From assembly GCA_002083645.1 (NCBI GenBank), contig MSXQ01000013.1, positions 10,769-74,768 on the forward strand: DNA of 64,000 nt, given 5' to 3'. The position numbers and the translations under genes are program-made. Source of the stretch: Proteobacteria bacterium ST_bin13. Lineage in GTDB: Bacteria; Pseudomonadota; Alphaproteobacteria; Sphingomonadales; Sphingomonadaceae. Every line of letters begins with the position of its first letter. The stretch's first letter is position 1. Below, piece by piece: positions 26,511-36,713 of this stretch. A model generated the notes under the pieces. The model was given only the letters and a program-made list of their open reading frames with translations. It was not told where the DNA came from and made no database searches.

Positions 26511-28850
26511 ATGGACGATCTTCTGCAAGAATTCATCGCTGAAACCCGTGAGACGCTGGAAGCGCTCGCGGGGGAAATCGTGATGTGGGAGGCCGATCCG
26601 TCGGATCGCGCGCGCCTGGATGCGATTTTCCGGTTCGTTCATACCGTGAAGGGCAGCTGCGGCTTCCTCGATCTGCCCCGCCTCAGCCGATTGAGCCATG
26701 CTGCCGAAGATGTGCTGTCGGCGGTGCGCTCGGGGGAGCGGACGCCAGACACCGCGTTGGTCAATGCCGTGCTCGCGATTGTTGATCGCATCGGCGAAAT
26801 CATCGAGGCGATCGATGTCGGCGCATCGCTTGATGATTCGGGCGAAGACTTGCTGATTGCCGCGCTCGACAAGGGCGCAGAGGTCGCGGCAGCCCAAATG
26901 CCAACCACGATCATTCAGCGCGCGCCCACGCGCAGCGTAAGGTTGAGCGTCGATTTGCTCGACATGATGATGAGCGGCATGTCGGACATGGTGTTGGCGC
27001 GCAATGAATTGGCGCGGCGCTTGCGCGATGAAGCCGTCGATCCGGCGATTGAGGCCGCCCTCGACCGTTTGTCCCATACCGTTTCGGAAATGCGCGATAC
27101 GGTCACGCGCACCCGCATGCAAAAGATCGACGCCCTGTTCTCGGCGCTGCCGCGGATGGTCCGCGATACAGCGGCGGAACTCGGCAAAAGCGTCGTGCTG
27201 CAGATTGACGGGTCCGATGTTGAGCTTGATCGCGAGATGATCGAGATGATGCGTGATCCTTTGGTCCATATCATCCGCAACGCGATCGACCACGGCCTGG
27301 AAACAGCCGCCGAACGCGTCGCTGCGGGCAAACGACAAAATGGTCGGCTTTCAGTCGCCGCTCGGCAATCGGGCAACCAGATTATCGTTGAAGTCGTCGA
27401 TGACGGGCGCGGCATCGATGTCGAGCGCCTGATTGTCAAAATGGCGGCCACTGGCGACCGCAGCGAAGCCGAACTGCGCGCGCTGCCCGAGCGCGCCAAG
27501 CTCGATCTCGTTTTTGCGCCTGGCCTGTCGAGCAAGAACGAAGTGACAGCCATTTCCGGTCGCGGGGTCGGCATGGACGTGGTCCGCGCCAATATTGAGC
27601 AGATTGGCGGCCGCGTTGAATTGATTAACCGGCCGGGCAAGGGCCTGTGCATCGCCATCCATGTCCCGCTGACCCTGTCGATCATCTCGACAATCGTGGT
27701 CGGCGCTGCTGGCCAGCGCTTTGCGGTTTCCCGCCAGTCCATCGAAGAAATTGTAACGGTGCGCGGTGATGCGGTGCGGGTCGATATGCTCGGCGATACG
27801 CCAGTCGCGACCGTGCGCGATCGCCGTTTGCCCTTGGTGCCTTTATGCCAGATATTGCGCCTGCGCGATGAACCTGTGGCGATCCGGATGCTGGCCATTG
27901 TCAGCGTGGCTGGGGGCAGCTTTGCCTTAGCGGTCGATGAAGTGCTCGATACCGAAGAGCTTGTGATCAAGCCGGCGCCGCCGATTGTAATGGCCACCGG
28001 GCTTTATGCGGGCCAGACATTGCCCGATAGCGGACGGCCGATGTTGTTGCTCGATTGCGCGGGGCTTGCTGCCGAAGCCGGGCTGCAGTTCAGCCGCGAT
28101 GTCATTGTCGGCGATGATGACGATGGCATTGACGACCAGGCCGCACAAGCGATGTCGGTGCTGTTGTTCCTTGATCTTGACGGTGCGCGCCGCGCCGTAC
28201 CGCTGGATATTGTCGAACGCGTCGAACTGGCATCAAGCGACGCGGTCCGCCGCTCCGCCGGTCAGCTCCGCCTGTCCATTGACGATGCCATTGTGCCGCT
28301 CGCCGGGGTGGCCAATGCGGATCATCTCATCGCCGCCCGAACCGAGATTTCGGTGCTGCGATTGGCGGATGGTCGCACCGAAATCGGCTATGCGATTGCC
28401 GATGCGCTCGACATCGTTTCGCTCACAGAACCAATGGTCCCTGCTCGGATCGCAGGGCCGATCGCTGGCGTCGTGGCGATAGATGGTGAGCAAGTCGAGG
28501 TGCTCGACATCTATTGGTTGTTCGCTGCCCATGCCGATCCCGGTTCGAAGACCGCTGGTCAGGCGCTGTGCCTGCTCGCTGGCGATGAAGCCCAATGGAT
28601 GGAGCAATTCTTGCGGCCAGTGCTCGAAAATGCCGGGTATAAGGTCGTGACGAAGATCAAGCCAGGCGAGGCTGTGGCCATTGCCCTGGCGATGGATAGC
28701 GATGATTCGGTTGCGGTTGGCAATGCGCCAATCGTGCGGCTGCGCGCTGATCCCCAGCCGCCAAGCACCGCCGACGACAGCGTTTATCGCTATGATCGGG
28801 ACGGGCTATTGGCGGCATTGGCAAAGCGCCACGCTGGCGGAAGGGGCTGA
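26511..28850 (+). CDS. cheA: Chemotaxis-type histidine kinase CheA
   Basis: Hpt domain FVHTVKGSCGFL, dimerisation and HATPase region (HIIRNAIDHG, DDGRGID, GRGVGMD), then CheW-like sequence and an unusually long C-terminus (779 aa). Confidence 0.9.
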   Translation: MDDLLQEFIAETRETLEALAGEIVMWEADPSDRARLDAIFRFVHTVKGSCGFLDLPRLSRLSHAAEDVLSAVRSGERTPDTALVNAVLAIVDRIGEIIEAIDVGASLDDSGEDLLIAALDKGAEVAAAQMPTTIIQRAPTRSVRLSVDLLDMMMSGMSDMVLARNELARRLRDEAVDPAIEAALDRLSHTVSEMRDTVTRTRMQKIDALFSALPRMVRDTAAELGKSVVLQIDGSDVELDREMIEMMRDPLVHIIRNAIDHGLETAAERVAAGKRQNGRLSVAARQSGNQIIVEVVDDGRGIDVERLIVKMAATGDRSEAELRALPERAKLDLVFAPGLSSKNEVTAISGRGVGMDVVRANIEQIGGRVELINRPGKGLCIAIHVPLTLSIISTIVVGAAGQRFAVSRQSIEEIVTVRGDAVRVDMLGDTPVATVRDRRLPLVPLCQILRLRDEPVAIRMLAIVSVAGGSFALAVDEVLDTEELVIKPAPPIVMATGLYAGQTLPDSGRPMLLLDCAGLAAEAGLQFSRDVIVGDDDDGIDDQAAQAMSVLLFLDLDGARRAVPLDIVERVELASSDAVRRSAGQLRLSIDDAIVPLAGVANADHLIAARTEISVLRLADGRTEIGYAIADALDIVSLTEPMVPARIAGPIAGVVAIDGEQVEVLDIYWLFAAHADPGSKTAGQALCLLAGDEAQWMEQFLRPVLENAGYKVVTKIKPGEAVAIALAMDSDDSVAVGNAPIVRLRADPQPPSTADDSVYRYDRDGLLAALAKRHAGGRG

Positions 28851-28852
28851 AG

Positions 28853-29281
28853 ATGGCGGATTTGTTCCTTATTGCCCGCATCGCCGGCCGAACCGTTGCG
28901 ATTGCATCCGATCAGGTCGAATCGGTCGTCGATATCGGTGAAATCACCCCGATCCCCCGCGCTGCCGCAGAAGTGCGTGGACTGGCAGCGCTGCGCAGCC
29001 GGGTGGTGATGGTGATCGATACCTGCGCCGCTCTTGGCCTTCCACCCGCCGAAATCAGCCCCACCCGCGCGGTCATCACGCTGGTCGAAGGGCATCATTA
29101 TGCTGTCCTGGTTGACGCCCTGGAAGACGTTGCCCCCTTCAGTGTCGCGCCGCTGGCCAGTGGCATCGTCGTGGATGGGGGATGGGCAAAGGCCGGCTGC
29201 GGGATCGTCAATCGCGATGGGGATCCGTTGCTGGTCGTCAACCTTCGTGCGCTCATTCCCGGAATCGCGATCGCGGCTTGA
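28853..29281 (+). CDS. cheW: Chemotaxis coupling protein CheW
   Basis: 142 aa CheW-like domain, starting 2 nt after the cheA stop. Confidence 0.85.
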   Translation: MADLFLIARIAGRTVAIASDQVESVVDIGEITPIPRAAAEVRGLAALRSRVVMVIDTCAALGLPPAEISPTRAVITLVEGHHYAVLVDALEDVAPFSVAPLASGIVVDGGWAKAGCGIVNRDGDPLLVVNLRALIPGIAIAA

Positions 29282-29353
29282 TCGGATCGCTTAACGCTAA
29301 GCTTACGTTTTTAGTGCACTAATCACCCAAAGGCATTCAACGGGGTAAGAATA

Positions 29354-29719
29354 ATGAAGACCTGCCTAGTGGTCGATGATTCAAAGGTGATCCGCAAGGT
29401 CGCCCGCCACATCCTCGAAACATTGAATTTCGAAGTTTCAGAGGCTGGCGATGGCCGTGAGGCGCTGGAAAGTTGCCTGAAATCGGCCCCCGATGTCATC
29501 TTGCTCGATTGGAACATGCCGGTGATGAGCGGCATGGATTTCTTGCGCGCACTCCGTGAAAGCGCGGTCTCGCACCGACCCAAGGTTGTGTTCTGCACCA
29601 CTGAAAATGGCATGGCCTATATCCGCGCGGCGATCGAAGCCGGCGCAGACGAATATGTCATGAAGCCATTTGATCGGGAAACGCTGGAAAGCAAATTGCA
29701 AATCGTCGGCGTGGCTTGA
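29354..29719 (+). CDS. cheY: CheY-like single-domain response regulator
   Basis: LVVDDS, LLDWNMPVMSG and K-P motif (MKPF). Confidence 0.9.
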   Translation: MKTCLVVDDSKVIRKVARHILETLNFEVSEAGDGREALESCLKSAPDVILLDWNMPVMSGMDFLRALRESAVSHRPKVVFCTTENGMAYIRAAIEAGADEYVMKPFDRETLESKLQIVGVA

Positions 29720-29733
29720 ACTGAGTTAGCCCG

Positions 29734-30804
29734 GTGAAGAACACCCCCTTAGCCTTATCGACGTCGTCTCCCGGCGCGACACCGACCCGCATTCTGATCG
29801 TTGACGATTCAGTGGTCGCGCGGGCGGTGATTGGGCGGATGATCGATTCCACCGGTCATTTCATGGTCGCTGGCGCGGTTGCCGATGCGCAGGCCGCCCT
29901 GGCGTTCTTGCGGCAACATCGGGTCGATATCATTCTGCTCGATATCGAAATGCCCGGTGTCGATGGGCTGACGGCATTGCCCGACATCATCGCCGCTGGG
30001 CAAAACGCGCATGTACTGATTGTCTCTTCCTCCTGTGCTGAGGGTGCTGCCGCTTCCATTCAGGCGTTGACGCTGGGTGCCGCAGATACGCTGGTCAAAC
30101 CCGGTATCGGCAATCTGGTCGGCAAGTTCGGCGACATCCTTGAGGAAAAGCTGCACCGCCTGGTTCAAGGGCGCGCACGCGTCGCCAATCTACAGGCACT
30201 GCCGCCACCGGTCGCCCTGGGCGATGACTTTGATATTGTCGCGATCGGTGCCTCCACCGGCGGCATCCATGCCCTAAGCCTGATGCTGCGGGCTATTCCT
30301 GCATCATGCCAGTTGCCGATCCTGATTACGCAACATCTGCCGCCCTCATTCATGCCCTATTTCGCCGCGCAGCTTGCTGTTTTGGGGAGCCGCCCCTGCG
30401 TCGTTGCAACTGATCATATGCGGATCCAGCCGGGACGAATCATTATCGCCCCCGGCGAGGCCCATTTGCGCTGCGTCAGTTTTGGCGACGGCGTTGCCTT
30501 GCGGCTAACGACCGAGCGCGCGGTCAGTGGGTGCATGCCATCCGTTGACCCGATGCTCGAAAGCATTGCCAAAATCTATGGCGCGCGCGCGCTTGCGATT
30601 GTGCTGAGTGGGATGGGCCGCGATGGTTCCGAAGGCGCGCGAGCGGTGAGTGCAGCCGGGGGCAGCGTCATCGTCCAGGATCAGGCAAGTTCGGTCGTGT
30701 GGGGTATGCCTGGCATGATTGCCAATGCAGGATTAGCCGATGCGATCATGACGCCCCAGGCGATCGGACGGCTGATCACCGAACAACGTCGGCCGGCACG
30801 GTGA
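29734..30804 (+). CDS. cheB: Protein-glutamate methylesterase/deamidase CheB
   Basis: Receiver domain (ILIVDDS, LLDIEMPGVDG) plus esterase domain (IGASTGG, GMGRDG). Confidence 0.9.
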   Translation: MKNTPLALSTSSPGATPTRILIVDDSVVARAVIGRMIDSTGHFMVAGAVADAQAALAFLRQHRVDIILLDIEMPGVDGLTALPDIIAAGQNAHVLIVSSSCAEGAAASIQALTLGAADTLVKPGIGNLVGKFGDILEEKLHRLVQGRARVANLQALPPPVALGDDFDIVAIGASTGGIHALSLMLRAIPASCQLPILITQHLPPSFMPYFAAQLAVLGSRPCVVATDHMRIQPGRIIIAPGEAHLRCVSFGDGVALRLTTERAVSGCMPSVDPMLESIAKIYGARALAIVLSGMGRDGSEGARAVSAAGGSVIVQDQASSVVWGMPGMIANAGLADAIMTPQAIGRLITEQRRPAR

Positions 30805-31661
30805 TGATCAACCGCCAGCCAACGGCCCAAACTGGCGCGATGGCGGTCGTTGCCAGCCTGCTTGAAGCCCGGACAGGCCAACAGATCGCGGCCAATCGTA
30901 CCTGGCGGATTGAAACCGCGCTGAAACCTGTTCTGCGCGTGCGCGGGCATGATTGCCTTGACCAGCTGGTGGCCGAATTGTTCGACGATCAGACTGGGGT
31001 GATTGCCGATCAAATCGTCGATGCCCTGCTCAATCAGGAAAGCTCGTTCTTTCGGGACTCCGGCGTGCTCGACATGGTTGTGACCGCGGTTGATCAACGG
31101 CAACAGGAGTGTGATCGTCGCCCGCGCATTTGGTCTGCCGCCTGTTCGACCGGGCAGGAGCCCTTGTCGCTGGCGATGCTGTTCGCCGATCGGTTCGAAA
31201 CCACAGGCAAAGCAGAGCCAGAAATATTGGCGACAGATGTTTCCGACGCCGCGATCACGCGTGCCCGTGCCGCCCGCTATTCCCAGTTCGAAATTCAGCG
31301 CGGCTTGCCGGTCCGCCAGATGATCAAATGGTTTGAGGCATCGGGGTCGGACTGGATTGCGCAGTCCAGTCTGGTCCGCAAAATCAATTTTCGGCGCCAC
31401 AATCTGGTCGGCGATCCCGCACCGGTCGGCTATTTTGATATCGTCTTGTGCCGCAATGTAATGCTGTATCTCTCCCCGGTTCTGCGCAAGCGCGTGTTTG
31501 ATCTGCTCGCTCAAGTGGTGCGCCCAGGCGGCCTCTTGGTGCTTGGTGCAGGCGAAACGGTGATCGGCCAGACAGAGGCCTTTTCCCCGAGCCCGCACTT
31601 CCGCGGCCTGTACGAGCGCGGCGCCCAATCCATGCACGAGCTCGGTTTGGTGGCCGCCTGA
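30804..31661 (+). CDS. cheR: Chemotaxis protein methyltransferase CheR
   Basis: SAACSTGQEPLSLAML SAM-binding motif. ATG overlaps the cheB TGA (GTGATGA). Confidence 0.85.
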   Translation: MINRQPTAQTGAMAVVASLLEARTGQQIAANRTWRIETALKPVLRVRGHDCLDQLVAELFDDQTGVIADQIVDALLNQESSFFRDSGVLDMVVTAVDQRQQECDRRPRIWSAACSTGQEPLSLAMLFADRFETTGKAEPEILATDVSDAAITRARAARYSQFEIQRGLPVRQMIKWFEASGSDWIAQSSLVRKINFRRHNLVGDPAPVGYFDIVLCRNVMLYLSPVLRKRVFDLLAQVVRPGGLLVLGAGETVIGQTEAFSPSPHFRGLYERGAQSMHELGLVAA

Positions 31662-31701
31662 TCAGACGAGCGTTTACTTTGCGCAGGCACCGCGCCAAGC
31701 G

Positions 31702-32604
31702 GTGTTGATGGAACCGGTGACGCCCCTCAGAAAACAGGCGTTTGGCCCGCGTGATTTGTTCGTCGTCATCGCGATGAATATCTTGTGGGGCCTGAACCTG
31801 ATCGTCGTGAAGGTCTCGGTCGACGCCATATCACCACTCACCGCCGCCTTTCTCCGCCAAGCGATTGTGCTGCTGGTCTGTGCGTCGGCGCTGCGGATTG
31901 TGCCGGGCAAGATGCGCGAGTTGACCGCGCTTGGGGTGCTTTCGGGCGGTGCTTTCTACATCGCCACAAATCTCTCGCTGTCAGTGGCGACGAATGTTGG
32001 TGCGCTGGCAATTGCGGGACAGCTTGGCGTGCCCTTTTCGCTGTTGCTGACGATTTTGGTCTTTCACGAACGCATCCACGCGCCGCGCATCATCGGCATC
32101 TCGCTTTCGCTCCTGGGGGTAATGGTGCTGGTGTTCGATCCTGCTGCAACGGGCGAAGGATTGGGCCTTGCGCTGACCGCGCTCGCGGCCCTGATTTGGG
32201 CGATTTGTTCGCTTATCCAACGGTTGTTGATCGGCGTTCGGGTGCTGACGATCTATGCGTGGATCGGCTTGTGGGGCACGGTGATATTGGGCGCAGTCGC
32301 CTGGTGGCGGGAGCCGACAGCGATGGCGGCGTTGCCCGACCTGCCATTGCACACCGTGGTGCTGGTTTCGTTTTCGGCAATTGGGTCAACGGTGTTGGGG
32401 CAGGGGTCAATGGCTTGGCTGCTCCAGCGGCACTCTATTGGCGTGGTGACACCGCTGACGCTTGCGGCCCCGGTGATTTCAGTCTTTACCGCTTCTTGGT
32501 ATTTCAACACGCCGGTAACGGCGATCATGCTTGTCGGAGGCGCAATGGCCATGCTGGGCGTAGCGATCGTAACGGTGCGCACAGCGCAAGCGGCATCGTC
32601 ATGA
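31702..32604 (+). CDS. DMT-superfamily (EamA-like) transporter
   Basis: About 10 hydrophobic helices in two similar halves. Confidence 0.8.
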   Translation: MLMEPVTPLRKQAFGPRDLFVVIAMNILWGLNLIVVKVSVDAISPLTAAFLRQAIVLLVCASALRIVPGKMRELTALGVLSGGAFYIATNLSLSVATNVGALAIAGQLGVPFSLLLTILVFHERIHAPRIIGISLSLLGVMVLVFDPAATGEGLGLALTALAALIWAICSLIQRLLIGVRVLTIYAWIGLWGTVILGAVAWWREPTAMAALPDLPLHTVVLVSFSAIGSTVLGQGSMAWLLQRHSIGVVTPLTLAAPVISVFTASWYFNTPVTAIMLVGGAMAMLGVAIVTVRTAQAASS

Positions 32605-33299
32605 ACATTATCGACGCTGCTTCGCCGAATTTCGATGAGCGCGCCCGGCCAATATCGATGATCGTGCTGCATTATACCGGGATGCAGGATGCCGATTCCG
32701 CCATCGCCCGGCTTCGAGATCCGGATGCCGCAAACCGGGTTTCGGCCCATTATGTTGTTGCAGAGGACGGCACCGTCTTGCGGCTGGTGCCAGAGGATAA
32801 GCGCGCCTGGCACGCCGGTTTGGCGAGCTGGCGTGATATCCCGTCTGACATCAACAGCGCGTCGGTTGGCATCGAGATCGTCAATCCCGGCCATGAATTT
32901 GGCTATCGCCCCTTTCCCGACGAACAGATTGCGTCGGTTGTCCAGCTGGTGATGCAGATCAAGGATCGCTATCAGATCACGCGCGGCAATATCGTTGGCC
33001 ATTCCGATATCGCGCCACAGCGTAAGCGCGACCCCGGCGAACTTTTCCCCTGGAGCAAGCTCGCTCGACTCCGCCTAGCCCTGCCGCGGCCGACCAAGAA
33101 TCTGATGGACCCTAACTGGACTCAGGCAGGCTTCCTGCTCGCGCTTGAGCGCTTCGGCTATGACGTGACTGATCCGATGGCCGCGATCATGGCCTTTCAA
33201 CGTCGGTTTCGCCCTGAGATGATCGACGGTGAAGTCGATGCCGAATGCCGCATGATCCTGCTCGCACTGCTGTTGCCAAAGCCGCAAGGGGACGACTAA
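32601..33299 (+). CDS. N-acetylmuramoyl-L-alanine amidase (AmpD-like amidase_2) with a C-terminal peptidoglycan-binding domain
   Basis: SPNFDER, VLHYTG, SAHYVV, AWHAG and GHSDIAP motifs. ATGA overlap upstream. The 504-aa track ORF starting at 31785 is rejected. Confidence 0.85.
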   Translation: MNIIDAASPNFDERARPISMIVLHYTGMQDADSAIARLRDPDAANRVSAHYVVAEDGTVLRLVPEDKRAWHAGLASWRDIPSDINSASVGIEIVNPGHEFGYRPFPDEQIASVVQLVMQIKDRYQITRGNIVGHSDIAPQRKRDPGELFPWSKLARLRLALPRPTKNLMDPNWTQAGFLLALERFGYDVTDPMAAIMAFQRRFRPEMIDGEVDAECRMILLALLLPKPQGDD

Positions 33300-33310
33300 G
33301 GCTGATCGTG

Positions 33311-33696
<386 letters not shown>

Positions 33697-33738
33697 TTTT
33701 CTGCAACGGTTGTGTCGGCTCCGCCGGTGCTTCGCTCG

Positions 33739-34398
33739 TCAGCCTGTCGCATCCTCTGTTGCATGCAAGACCTTGTCGGGCCGGCCAATTTCATCAAGCG
33801 GTGTCGATGCGTCTATTTCCAGCAGCGGTTTGATGTGCCCGTCGCGAATGTCATAGACCCAGCCGTGCAGGAACACCTCTTGCTTGCGTGCCCAGGCGGC
33901 CTGGATCAGCTTGGTTCGGGCAAGCTTGATCAGTTGATCGAGAACATTCACCTCGACCAGACGATTAACCCGGGTTTCGTCATCGGGCTGGCTCGTCACT
34001 TCATGCTCATGCGCGTGAAGCACGGCGCGCGCGTTGCTCAGCCAGGCATCTACCGCGCCACTGGTGCCCCCCGCCAGCGTGGCCTGAAGCCCGCCGCAGC
34101 CATAATGGCCACAGACCATGATATGGCGCACCTGCAGAACATCGGTGGCATATTGCAGCACCGACATCAGGTTGAGATCGTCTTCATTCACCAGATTGGC
34201 AACGTTGCGGTGGATGAACATGCCACCCGGCGGCGTCATCGTCATTTGTTCTGGGCTGACGCGGCTATCCGAACAGCCAATCCACAGGAAATCAGGCTTT
34301 TGTCCGGCGATTTGACGTTTGAAGAACTCCGGGTTCTCGTCGGTCAATTCCTTGGCCCATGCCTTGTTGGCGAGCAGCAGCTGCTTGTAATGTCTCAT
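33739..34398 (-). CDS. Beta-class carbonic anhydrase
   Basis: IGCSDSR and VCGHYGCGG zinc-ligand motifs. Start overlaps the SulP stop (ATGA). Confidence 0.9.
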   Translation of the reverse strand: MRHYKQLLLANKAWAKELTDENPEFFKRQIAGQKPDFLWIGCSDSRVSPEQMTMTPPGGMFIHRNVANLVNEDDLNLMSVLQYATDVLQVRHIMVCGHYGCGGLQATLAGGTSGAVDAWLSNARAVLHAHEHEVTSQPDDETRVNRLVEVNVLDQLIKLARTKLIQAAWARKQEVFLHGWVYDIRDGHIKPLLEIDASTPLDEIGRPDKVLHATEDATG

Positions 34399-35975
34399 GC
34401 GAAACGGACCCCATAGGATGGCGCGTTGATCTTTGGCGCGGTCCGTTCAGCGACATCGCCGCGGACATGCACATCGATCTTCCGGAATGCAGCGCTTTTG
34501 ATGAAGGCGTTGATCACGTCGATATTGTCGAGATCGACATAACTGGTCGATGAAAGATCGATGACGAGAATGGCATTGTCAGGGACTTTGTTAAGTGCCT
34601 GCTGCAATTCATATTTGTGCATGAAATAGAGGTTGCGCCGCGCGCGTAGCAAGCAATCTTCGCCATCCACGGCAAAGGTGATCGCAGGCCGGAAGTTGCG
34701 CGCGATGACGAAAGCAAAGCCCACGGTCAGGCCAACCAGAATGCCAATCAGCAGATCGGTGAACAAAATGGCGCCAATCGTCACGATGAAAGGAATAAAC
34801 TGCGTTAGACCCTGCCGGTAGCGTTCGATGAACAGCGCGGGATTGGTCAGCTTATAGCCGGTCGCGATCAGAACTGCCGCCAACGCGGACAACGGAATCA
34901 GGTTCAGGATCGCCGGGATCAGCGCAACCGACAGCAAAAGCCACCCGCCGTGCATTACTGCCGACGCCTTGCTTTCAGCGCCAGCCATGACGTTGGCCGA
35001 AGATCGCACGATCACCGATGTAACCGGCAAACCGCCAATCAGCCCCGAAACGATATTGCCGCTGCCCTGGGCGAGCAATTCCCAATTTTTGTTGGTGGTG
35101 CGGCGGCGCGGATCGAGTTCATCAACGGCCTTCACGCTGAGCAGCGATTCGAGGCTGGCGACGATCGCCAGCGTCAATGCCGTGGTCCACAAAATGCCCG
35201 TGCCGATCGCCGAGAAATCCGGGAAGGTGAACAGGCTGACAAAACCATTAAAGCCGTCGGCAATAGGAACTTGCACTAGATGCTTGGGTCCCAGCGCCCA
35301 TTCAGGCCGATACATTGCAAAAAGGGCATTGCCGACCACCCCCATCACGACAACGACCAAAGGGCCGGGCAGCAACTTCAACGGACCTTTTTTTGGTTTG
35401 ATCTTGTCCCAAAGGAACAAGAACGCCGTGCAACTGATCCCAATGATCGCTGCACCTGGGGTTAGGCTTTCGGTCAGGCCAGCCCAAAAGGTTGTTAGCG
35501 TATTGCCACCTTCGGCATTGAGGAAATTCTCGCTGCCCTCAAAATCCTTCTCATAGCCAACGGCATAGGGGACTTGCTTTAGGATCAGGATCAGCCCGAT
35601 CGCGGCGAGCATGCCGGTAATCACCGATGATGGCACAAATTCGCTGAGCAAGCCGGCACGCGAAACAGAAAAAACGATCTGAATGATGCCCGCAATGACA
35701 ACTGCAGCAAGAAAGACCTGGTAGCTCGGTAGGCTCTGGATCGCATCCAGCACAATGACGGTCAGACCAGCGGCGGGCCCGCTAACCGACAATGGCGAGC
35801 GCGACACCAACCCAACGACGATGCCGCCAACGATACCCGCGATAAGCCCTGAAAAAAGCGGTGCGCCGGAAGCGAGCGCGATGCCAAGGCATAGCGGCAA
35901 TGCGACGAGCGCGACCACGATCGAGGCCGGTAAATCGGCCAGCCAATTGCTCAAGAGCGATTGAGGTTTGTTCAT
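34395..35975 (-). CDS. SulP-family anion (bicarbonate/sulfate) transporter with STAS domain
   Basis: 526 aa, polytopic, with a C-terminal STAS-like domain. Translationally coupled to the carbonic anhydrase. Confidence 0.85.
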   Translation of the reverse strand: MNKPQSLLSNWLADLPASIVVALVALPLCLGIALASGAPLFSGLIAGIVGGIVVGLVSRSPLSVSGPAAGLTVIVLDAIQSLPSYQVFLAAVVIAGIIQIVFSVSRAGLLSEFVPSSVITGMLAAIGLILILKQVPYAVGYEKDFEGSENFLNAEGGNTLTTFWAGLTESLTPGAAIIGISCTAFLFLWDKIKPKKGPLKLLPGPLVVVVMGVVGNALFAMYRPEWALGPKHLVQVPIADGFNGFVSLFTFPDFSAIGTGILWTTALTLAIVASLESLLSVKAVDELDPRRRTTNKNWELLAQGSGNIVSGLIGGLPVTSVIVRSSANVMAGAESKASAVMHGGWLLLSVALIPAILNLIPLSALAAVLIATGYKLTNPALFIERYRQGLTQFIPFIVTIGAILFTDLLIGILVGLTVGFAFVIARNFRPAITFAVDGEDCLLRARRNLYFMHKYELQQALNKVPDNAILVIDLSSTSYVDLDNIDVINAFIKSAAFRKIDVHVRGDVAERTAPKINAPSYGVRFA

Positions 35976-36176
35976 TGGACTCCCACGTCATCAAGGATCG
36001 GTGATCATTGCCTAAGACCAGCCATTTCTATGTAGGCGCTTGAGCATCGGCGGAACCCCTGAAAATGTGTTGAATCATTGCTGGATTGCCACCAATTTTA
36101 TCCCGACAGCGGTGCTGCGACCGGAAGGTACGGACACTGATGGCAATTCCCGTGATTGTTGCGTAAGGGCAAAACC

Positions 36177-36713
36177 ATGGCACGCAGCACTCGATCCGTT
36201 GACTGGGGTTTCCCGCGCTGGCGCGGCTATGGCAGTGGCCGTGAGGCGACGCAGGTGCGGCTATGCGATCGTCACGGCTGTGCTGAGCCCGGCAATTGCC
36301 CGGCGCCAAAATCGCCCAACAGCCCGGAACGCTGGTATTTCTGCCAGGTCCATGCCGGCGAATATAATCGTGGCTGGAATTATTTCGAAGGATTGACCGC
36401 TGAGGAAGCGGCGGCCCGCGAGGCCGAGGAAAATCGCGACACCTCTGGCTACACCGAATCGCGCCATAATAGCTGGGCAGGGCCGGGCGATGGGTCGCGG
36501 TCGCGGGACGAAATGAGCGCGCTCGACTTGTTTGAGCTTGAACCCGATGCTGATTTCGAAGCCGTGCGAGTCGCCTGGCGCAAGATGGCCAAGGCCAATC
36601 ACCCTGATGTTCGCCCTGGCGACAAGGACGCCGCCACCCGCTTCCAGGCGATCCAGGCGGCTTATGACGTGCTGCGTGTGGCTGAAGAGAATCGGCAATG
36701 GCGGCCTGAGTGA
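36177..36713 (+). CDS. J-domain protein with Cys/His-rich N-terminal region
   Basis: C-terminal J domain (FEAVRVAWRKMAKANHPDVRPGD ... FQAIQAAYDVL). N-terminal part carries CDRHGC...C...FCQVH. Confidence 0.75.
   Translation: MARSTRSVDWGFPRWRGYGSGREATQVRLCDRHGCAEPGNCPAPKSPNSPERWYFCQVHAGEYNRGWNYFEGLTAEEAAAREAEENRDTSGYTESRHNSWAGPGDGSRSRDEMSALDLFELEPDADFEAVRVAWRKMAKANHPDVRPGDKDAATRFQAIQAAYDVLRVAEENRQWRPE

Noticed and set aside
31785-32600. 504-aa ORF 31785..33299 suggesting a large fusion protein
   Set aside because: Its first 270 aa are an off-frame read of the DMT transporter gene. The amidase starts at 32601 with an ATGA overlap.
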